In this document: piece by piece, positions 1 through 6,259 of the stretch
Position numbering within the stretch: position 1 is the first letter of the stretch
Layout of the letters: each line of letters begins with the position of its first letter
Virus record (IMG/VR): IMGVR_UViG_3300032247_000246
Location: 1-26,709 of that record
DNA length: 26,709 bases
Source: a virus
Taxonomy: Duplodnaviria > Caudoviricetes
Reading direction: 5' to 3' (one strand)
Notes under the pieces: generated by a model
What the model was told of the DNA's origin: nothing
Database searches by the model: none
The model's input: the letters and a program-made list of their open reading frames with translations, nothing else
Made by a program: the position numbers and the translations under genes

Positions 1-1797
1 GGGTATTGGAGTAATTACTTTGATGGGTCAAGTTATATAACCGCGCCCAACAATGTTGCTTTTGCTTTTGGTACTGGAAATTTTACAATTGAAGCATGGG
101 TTTATGTAACTAATTTTTCTTCAACCAGAGGTATATTTGACAGTCGGTCATCGGGAAACGAAGCAACTGGGATTACTTTTTACGTTGACGCGTCTGGGTT
201 TTTACAAGTTAGAAACAGTGGAAGTATTGCTGTCGCGTCAACGGCCTTGATTGCCAATACATGGAATCATTGTGCTGTAACAAGAAGCGGAACCTCTCTG
301 ACAATTTGGCTAAATGGCGCAAGCGTTGCTGCTGTAACAAACTCAACAAATTTCTCTCAACAAAATTCTTATATTGGCCGAGCGTATGTTTCTGGTTTTG
401 ATAATATGCTTGGTTATATCGCTAATCACCGAGTTGTTAAAGGAACAGCGGTTTACACTTCCGCATTTACGCCAAGCACGACTCCGTTAACGGCAATCAC
501 CAACACATCTCTACTTACTTGTCAGTCTAATCGCTTCATTGACAACAGCACTAACAACTTTACTATCACGACCAGCGGCAATCCAACGGTCCAAGCCTTC
601 CAGCCGTTCTCACCGACTGCTTCGTACACTACTGCGGCGTATGGGGGGAGTGGGTATTTTAATGGCAGTACGGATTACATATCAGCACCAAGTAATGCTG
701 CGTTTGCTTTTGGAACCGGAGATTTTACAACGGAAGGATGGTTTTATCCAACTTCGGCAACAAGTTTCAAATATTTGTTTTCTATTGGCAGCGATGCAAA
801 TTTTACTCTTGCGTTGAGTAGCGGGTCTTATCAACCATATTTTTATGCTGGGTCAACGATCATACTTTCTTCGGTAAGTCTTGTAGGAAATCAATGGAAT
901 CACGTTGCGCTTGTTAGAAGCGGTACAACAGCAACGATGTATATAAACGGAGTATCTGGGGGGTCTGCAACATTTTCAGCAAGTGTTGCGGCTGGAATTT
1001 TATACGTTGGAATACAGTCTGTAGTTGCGTATTATTTTCCCGGTTATATGTCCAACCTACGCATAGTCAAAGGCATAGCCGTTTACACCGGGGCTTTTAC
1101 TCCACCAACCTTAGCATCACTAACAACCGCAGGTTCTACGAGCGCGGCAAGTTACTCAAGCACGACCAACGTCAATACAAGTTTTGCCTCATCTGCAACA
1201 TCATTCCTCGCCAACTTCACCAACGCAGGAATCTACGACGCTGCGGTGCAAAACAATGCAATCACGGTTGGAGATGCTCAGGCGTCAACTACGCAGTCTA
1301 AATGGTCACCCACTAGCATAAAGTTTGATGGTAGTGGGGATAGTTTAACATTACCATCAAACTCTATATTTGCATGGGGCACCGGAAATTTTACTGTTGA
1401 GCTTTGGGTAAATAACAGTGCAGCGTTCACATCATCAAGAAATAATATAGCAGGAACAATGACCTCTGGCGGCGGATTATTTGCGCCAACAGACACCAGT
1501 ATGAATTGGAACTCATTTGGGGTAGGGGATATTGTAACTTTTGCCTATGTTCCAACAATAGGTCAATGGTATCATTTAGCCTATTCTAGATCTAGTGGTA
1601 CGGGTAGATTATTTATTAATGGTATTCTTGTAGCTTCAGCTAGTGATTCAACCAATTATACTAGTACATCTTTTACTGTAGGTGGTACTACTTCTCAATA
1701 TTTTAACGGATACATTCAAGATCTACGTGTTACCCGAGGTGTTGCTCGGTACACAGCAACCTTTACAGCGCCAACGGCAGAGTTTATTGCCAGATAA
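1..1797 (+). CDS. Multi-LamG (ConA-like lectin) virion/tail-fibre protein, 5'-truncated by the window edge (paralogue A)
   Basis: Frame +1 is open from base 1 (GYWSNYFDGSSYITAPNNVAFAFGTGNFTIEAWVY...), so the listed TTG start at 247 is not the real start. Three LamG-like domains (~1-459, ~652-1089, ~1318-1755) with FGTGxFTxExW, WNHxAxxRSG and GYIxxLRV motifs; matches the last three domains of the 9957 and 13473 proteins. Confidence 0.85.
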   Translation, partial: GYWSNYFDGSSYITAPNNVAFAFGTGNFTIEAWVYVTNFSSTRGIFDSRSSGNEATGITFYVDASGFLQVRNSGSIAVASTALIANTWNHCAVTRSGTSLTIWLNGASVAAVTNSTNFSQQNSYIGRAYVSGFDNMLGYIANHRVVKGTAVYTSAFTPSTTPLTAITNTSLLTCQSNRFIDNSTNNFTITTSGNPTVQAFQPFSPTASYTTAAYGGSGYFNGSTDYISAPSNAAFAFGTGDFTTEGWFYPTSATSFKYLFSIGSDANFTLALSSGSYQPYFYAGSTIILSSVSLVGNQWNHVALVRSGTTATMYINGVSGGSATFSASVAAGILYVGIQSVVAYYFPGYMSNLRIVKGIAVYTGAFTPPTLASLTTAGSTSAASYSSTTNVNTSFASSATSFLANFTNAGIYDAAVQNNAITVGDAQASTTQSKWSPTSIKFDGSGDSLTLPSNSIFAWGTGNFTVELWVNNSAAFTSSRNNIAGTMTSGGGLFAPTDTSMNWNSFGVGDIVTFAYVPTIGQWYHLAYSRSSGTGRLFINGILVASASDSTNYTSTSFTVGGTTSQYFNGYIQDLRVTRGVARYTATFTAPTAEFIAR

Positions 1798-1805
1798 CAT
1801 AAATA
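1798..1805 (+). promoter_or_regulatory. Putative T4-type late promoter (CATAAATA)
   Basis: NATAAATA box immediately after a stop codon, followed by an AAGGAGG RBS at 1816-1822 and ATG at 1830. Confidence 0.6.
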
Positions 1806-1829
1806 TATTATCATCAAGGAGGTTTTAGA

Positions 1830-2225
1830 ATGGGACATTATGCTTTTATTAATGATCAAAATATTGTGACTGAAGTAATTACTGGCAAAGACGAGACAGA
1901 TAAAACTGAACCTGATTGGGAAGTCCATTACGCACAGTTTCGTGAGGGTATGATTTGTCGTAGAACATCATACAATACGATGGGAGGTGAACACAGAACG
2001 GGTGGTACTCCTTATAGAAAGAACTATGCTGGTGTTGGATTCACATGGGATGAGGCACGAGATGCTTTTATTCCACCAAAGCCATATTCATCTTGGATAT
2101 TAGTAGAAGAAACGTGTCAATGGGAAGCACCTGTTGCACGACCAGATGATGGTAAGTTCTACACATGGAATGAAGATAAACTCGCATGGGAAGAGTTTGT
2201 AATTCCAACACCACCAACAGAATAA
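1830..2225 (+). CDS. Small conserved phage protein associated with tail-fibre genes (possible fibre assembly/chaperone protein)
   Basis: Strong RBS; motifs MGHYAF..NIVTEVI, TSYNTxGG, RKNYAGxGxTWD..RDAFIPPKPY.SW, WEAPV..PDDG..YxWxE recur in small genes next to fibre genes of environmental phages. Chaperone function is inferred. Confidence 0.6.
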   Translation: MGHYAFINDQNIVTEVITGKDETDKTEPDWEVHYAQFREGMICRRTSYNTMGGEHRTGGTPYRKNYAGVGFTWDEARDAFIPPKPYSSWILVEETCQWEAPVARPDDGKFYTWNEDKLAWEEFVIPTPPTE

Positions 2226-2228
2226 AAA

Positions 2229-3170
2229 ATGGCAAACTATTCATTCCTTACAGACAATATTAATATAGCAAGCACTATAGTTGCATCTAATGCTGCTATA
2301 ACTGATCGCATGTATGCGAATGGATACTTCTATGCTAACGGTGCGCCAATAACACAGAGTGTATTTTCTAATATAACTGTACTTGGTACTATCACTGGCA
2401 ACTCGATTGTCAGTAATGGTTCTATCTTTGCGACCTCTATAAATTCGACAGGATCGATATTCGGTTCTTCAGTAAACGTAACAGGATCTATATATGGATC
2501 TACTGTAAACGTATCGAGTATTTCTACACCAAGTGGTAATGTAATTACGTTTCCACAAACAACTGGTGCAATCATTACATCTAATGATTTTGGTACAATC
2601 ACCAATTCGATGTTGGCAAACAGTAACGTTAGAATTAATGGGACTACAGTTTCCCTTGGCAGCAGTTACACTTTACAAACATTAACTCTCGGTACTGGAT
2701 TAACAGGCACTTCTTATAATGGATCAACTGGAGTTTCAACTGGAATAGATTCGTCTGTTGTTGCAACATTAACAGGATCTCAAAATCTAACTAATAAAAT
2801 AGTTACATCATTAGCAAACTCAAGTACCATATTAGATTTTTCTGGCAATGCATGGCAGTTTGGTTTTAGAAACATGCCTCAGAGTACAACTTCATCAGGC
2901 AATCTGGTACTAGGAGACTCTGGTAAACATCTTTATGTCAGTTCAGGTATTACCGTGCCGCCGAACTCTTCTGTGCCGTTTGAGATTGGTACTGTCATCA
3001 CAGTAGTCAGTAATGCAACATCACTAACTATTACACAAGGTTCTGGTGTTACATTAAAATTCACAAACACTGTTAACACAGGTAACAGAACTCTTGCATC
3101 GAATGGTATCGCAACACTTATGAAAGTTGCAACTGATACGTGGTATATTTTTGGAATAGGATTAACATAA
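2229..3170 (+). CDS. Short tail-fibre-like protein with a conserved C-terminal domain shared with 19853..21490
   Basis: S/T/N/G-rich with fibre motifs (ITNSMLANSNVRINGTTVSLG, VATLTGSQNLTNK) and 11-aa repeats; C-terminal ~100 aa (2874-3170) aligns with 21170-21490. Confidence 0.7.
   Translation: MANYSFLTDNINIASTIVASNAAITDRMYANGYFYANGAPITQSVFSNITVLGTITGNSIVSNGSIFATSINSTGSIFGSSVNVTGSIYGSTVNVSSISTPSGNVITFPQTTGAIITSNDFGTITNSMLANSNVRINGTTVSLGSSYTLQTLTLGTGLTGTSYNGSTGVSTGIDSSVVATLTGSQNLTNKIVTSLANSSTILDFSGNAWQFGFRNMPQSTTSSGNLVLGDSGKHLYVSSGITVPPNSSVPFEIGTVITVVSNATSLTITQGSGVTLKFTNTVNTGNRTLASNGIATLMKVATDTWYIFGIGLT
2385..2516 (+). repeat. Four degenerate 33-bp (11-aa) tandem coding repeats
   Basis: GTITGNSIVSN / GSIFATSINST / GSIFGSSVNVT / GSIYGSTVNVS, starting at 2385, 2418, 2451 and 2484. 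Confidence 0.7.
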
Positions 3171-3171
3171 T

Positions 3172-5289
3172 ATGTCTGGTTTTGCAGGAATGTTTGCTGC
3201 TGGTGGATTAACTAGTGTTGTTGCAACTGGTGGACAAACAATATATGATGGTACAGGTACATTAGCAGGTTATAGATTTCATGCATTCACTGCAAACGGA
3301 ACTTTTACTGTTACTAGTAATGACGCGGGTAAAACATTTGATGCCGTACTAATTGGAGGTGGAGGTGGAGCAGGCCAATATGGAGCTAATTTATATGGTG
3401 GAGGTGGAGGTGGCGGTGGTGCAGTCACAGAAGTTACCGGAATATCATTAAGCGTAAACACACCATATGCGGTTGTAATTGGTTCTGGAGGAACTCGGGC
3501 TACTCCGGCGCCAGGTGCTATTACAACTTCTGGTTCAGCATCAACTTGGAATGGATACAGCGCCGCTGGAGGAATAAGAGGAACAGGAAATGTGACCGGT
3601 GGAGCTAGTGGAAATGGAAACGCTGGAGGTCCTAATGGTGGACAAGGCACACCATTAGGAAGTGGATACGTTGGTGGTGGTGGTGGCGGATCAGGTGGTC
3701 CAGGACTTCCTGGTGCACCACCAGCAAATGCACCAACCACACCAGTACCAGCGCCAGGAGATGGACCAGTTCCATCATGGTTAAATGGTGGCGGAGGCCC
3801 AGGTTACACATCAGTTATCGACGGTAATCCATATGGCGCTGGTGGTGGTGGTGGGCCCAATTCAGGTAATGTCGTTAACGCTTATACTCCTACTCTAACT
3901 GCATTTAGTAAAATAACATATAGTGTAATATACGGAAACGAATTCATTCCAGGAGGTGGTGGTTTTGCTGCCACTCCTGGAATAAATGGAAAAGGTGGCG
4001 GCGCTGGGGGGCAAGCGGGTGGACCACCATCATATTTTAATCAATACTATGATGGCGGTTCTGGTAGAGTAACAATCAGATATCCATACATAACGGCACC
4101 AGGTGAACCAACTAATGTAACAGCAGTCGGTGGAAATGGACAAGCAACAATCACATTTACTCCACCAGTGGCTGATGGAGGTAGTTCAATACTAGATTAT
4201 ACTGTAACTTCATCGCCAGGAAATATTACCGCAACAGGATCTGGATCGCCTATAACAATCACAGGTCTAACTAATGGAACCACATATACTTTTAGAGTTA
4301 AAGCGAGAAATGATATAGGTTCTAGTTTAGATAGTGGCGCAAGCAATTCAGTAATTCCTGGCGTAGCTTCTAATACATTCAGTGTTATAGCAACAGGTGG
4401 GCAAACAATATATGATGGTACTGGCGCATTCTCTGGATATAGATTCCACGTATTTACTGCGAATTCAAATTTCACTATTACTAATAATCCAACAAATAAA
4501 ACATTTGATGTCGTAATAGTAGGTGGTGGTGGATGTTCTGGATTATTTGGACCGATTACGGAAGGAGGTGGTGGCGGTGGAGGAGGCGCAGTCACAGAAG
4601 TTACATCATTATCTTTATCATCAAATACTAGTTACGCAGTAATAGTTGGTGCAGGAGGTACACAAAGTCCGGGCCCTACATTTTCACCAACGCCAGGAAG
4701 CAATCCAGGTATTGCTTCTATTTTCTTCGGGTACAAAGCTGCTGGAGGATTAAGGACAAACAACGTTTCCGGTGGAGCAAGCGGAAACGGAAATGCTGGC
4801 GGTGCGGTGCCAGCTGGTAATTCAGGCAGTCGAAATGGAAGTGGAGGTGGTGGTGCAGGCGGAGCAGGACTTGTACATAGAGATTGGGGACCAATAGGTT
4901 CTCCACCAGCGTATCTGGTACCAATTTATACTCCTCGTTTTTCAGCAGGAAATTTTCCTACTCCATATGCAACATATTATGCAACAGGTCGTTATAATGG
5001 AGGTGGCGGTATTGGATATACATCAGTTATCGACGGTAATCCATATGGCGCTGGTGGTGGTGGCGGTTATATAAATAATCCTCCTTTACCAGCTTATTGG
5101 AACGGTTTGTATACACCAGAAGCTGTTCCGAACGCCGATACTCTTTTCACTAGTGGTGGCGGTGGTTTGGCTGGAGCTCCAGGAGTGGCTGGAAAAGGTG
5201 GTGGTGCTGGAGGAATGATAAGCGGTACTCCAAATCAATTTATTGATGGCGGTCCTGGTACAGTAGTAATTAGATATCCTTATCCATAA
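3172..5289 (+). CDS. Glycine-rich adhesin-like protein: two duplicated Gly-rich domains flanking an Fn3 domain
   Basis: Domain 1 (~3223-4089) and domain 2 (~4390-5286) both begin ATGGQTIYDGTG..GYRFH.FTAN and end GG.G.V.IRYPY; Fn3 at ~4093-4359 (APGEPTNVTA...DGGS.ILDYTVT...GLTNGTTYTFRVKARN). Confidence 0.8.
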   Translation: MSGFAGMFAAGGLTSVVATGGQTIYDGTGTLAGYRFHAFTANGTFTVTSNDAGKTFDAVLIGGGGGAGQYGANLYGGGGGGGGAVTEVTGISLSVNTPYAVVIGSGGTRATPAPGAITTSGSASTWNGYSAAGGIRGTGNVTGGASGNGNAGGPNGGQGTPLGSGYVGGGGGGSGGPGLPGAPPANAPTTPVPAPGDGPVPSWLNGGGGPGYTSVIDGNPYGAGGGGGPNSGNVVNAYTPTLTAFSKITYSVIYGNEFIPGGGGFAATPGINGKGGGAGGQAGGPPSYFNQYYDGGSGRVTIRYPYITAPGEPTNVTAVGGNGQATITFTPPVADGGSSILDYTVTSSPGNITATGSGSPITITGLTNGTTYTFRVKARNDIGSSLDSGASNSVIPGVASNTFSVIATGGQTIYDGTGAFSGYRFHVFTANSNFTITNNPTNKTFDVVIVGGGGCSGLFGPITEGGGGGGGGAVTEVTSLSLSSNTSYAVIVGAGGTQSPGPTFSPTPGSNPGIASIFFGYKAAGGLRTNNVSGGASGNGNAGGAVPAGNSGSRNGSGGGGAGGAGLVHRDWGPIGSPPAYLVPIYTPRFSAGNFPTPYATYYATGRYNGGGGIGYTSVIDGNPYGAGGGGGYINNPPLPAYWNGLYTPEAVPNADTLFTSGGGGLAGAPGVAGKGGGAGGMISGTPNQFIDGGPGTVVIRYPYP
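3808..3851 (+). repeat. 44-bp perfect direct repeat, copy 1 (copy 2 at 5020-5063)
   Basis: acatcagttatcgacggtaatccatatggcgctggtggtggtgg is identical at both positions. Confidence 0.9.
5020..5063 (+). repeat. 44-bp perfect direct repeat, copy 2 (copy 1 at 3808-3851)
   Basis: Identical to 3808-3851; encodes TSVIDGNPYGAGGG. Confidence 0.9.
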
Positions 5290-5311
5290 TTTTAAAATAT
5301 AGGAGGTTGAT

Positions 5312-5674
5312 ATGAGTAAAATTTTAGTTAATTGTAATCTAGAAAACGACTATTGGACAATAAAAGAAGAAGATATCCAATCTCACTATACGGATGTGAT
5401 GTTTTATTTTTCTAGTTCAGAATCGCCAGTGATGTTTAACAACTTAACTTTTGGTCTCAAACTTAAAAAAAATGGTGAAGAACTTTTCACTGAGACTTTT
5501 GGTACATCTAAGAGATTTGTTGCATGTGAGAATACACTCTTTGATAACTTTCTAGAAAATTGTAGATTGTATCTGGAACAAAACACTAATTACACACTAG
5601 AACTTTGGTGTGAAAATGCAAACATCAGAAGAACATACAATCATGATTTCACGACTCCTCCAGAATTGGTATAA
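5312..5674 (+). CDS. Hypothetical protein (acidic, beta-rich)
   Basis: AGGAGGT RBS at 5301-5307; fills the gap between neighbouring genes; no family recognised. Confidence 0.7.
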   Translation: MSKILVNCNLENDYWTIKEEDIQSHYTDVMFYFSSSESPVMFNNLTFGLKLKKNGEELFTETFGTSKRFVACENTLFDNFLENCRLYLEQNTNYTLELWCENANIRRTYNHDFTTPPELV

Positions 5675-5682
5675 GATAAATA
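5675..5682 (+). promoter_or_regulatory. Putative T4-type late promoter (GATAAATA)
   Basis: NATAAATA box immediately after the stop codon at 5674 and upstream of the ATG at 5707. Confidence 0.6.
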
Positions 5683-5706
5683 CATAATAAACTTTTAAAG
5701 TAAAAA

Positions 5707-6255
5707 ATGGCATTAAGAAAATTTAATAGTAACGGTATAGATGTTCTAAATCTAGCGAACACCACTGCAAGTACGAGTAACACAACTGGTACTCTAACTG
5801 TTGCTGGTGGTGTTGGTATTGGTGGCAATCTTTATGCAACATCAGTGTATGCGACCAACTACTATTATTCTGATGGTAAAAATTTCGGTCATACAGTTCT
5901 TAATGACATTTCAAATCAATTCGATGGTGTAAAAACACACTTTCAATTAAAAATAGAACAGTCTGCTATAAATATAACAGCAGACAGTAAAGATTTTGAA
6001 GTAGTAGTTGATGGTAGAAGACTGAATCCTTATGTGACTAGATACACATATCCATGGTTAACACCATATGATTCATTTAAAGGATTTAGAGTCAGAACAT
6101 TTCAAGATTCTTCTAATGCGACTTCTAACTATTTGACGATTTATAATGCACCGTATATTGGAGAAGCTTCTACAATTTCACTTAGAAATCCTACAACAAC
6201 AACTCAGACAACTAGATACCCCTTTTCAGCAACAACGATTGCTCTTGGAGATTAA
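5707..6255 (+). CDS. Small virion fibre/adaptor-like protein
   Basis: Fibre repeat motif ASTSNTTGTLTVAGGVGIGGNLY; motif LNDISNQFDG...F.L seen in T4-like phage structural proteins; hydrophobic C-terminal TTIALGD. Confidence 0.6.
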   Translation: MALRKFNSNGIDVLNLANTTASTSNTTGTLTVAGGVGIGGNLYATSVYATNYYYSDGKNFGHTVLNDISNQFDGVKTHFQLKIEQSAINITADSKDFEVVVDGRRLNPYVTRYTYPWLTPYDSFKGFRVRTFQDSSNATSNYLTIYNAPYIGEASTISLRNPTTTTQTTRYPFSATTIALGD

Positions 6256-6259
6256 TTAA

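Noticed and set aside
247-249. ORF-track start of the first LamG gene
   Set aside because: The frame is open from base 1 and continues the same LamG domain, so the gene starts outside the window
3279-4924. Minus-strand Pro-rich ORFs (3279..3740, 4197..4595, 4718..4924)
   Set aside because: Antisense shadows of poly-Gly codons (GGN reads as NCC); no RBS or independent homology
3838-5057. Chi-like GCTGGTGG inside the 44-bp repeat (3838, 5050; also at 3199, 5803, 8660, 19976)
   Set aside because: Arises directly from preferred Ala-Gly-Gly codons, and there is no evidence the host uses the E. coli Chi sequence
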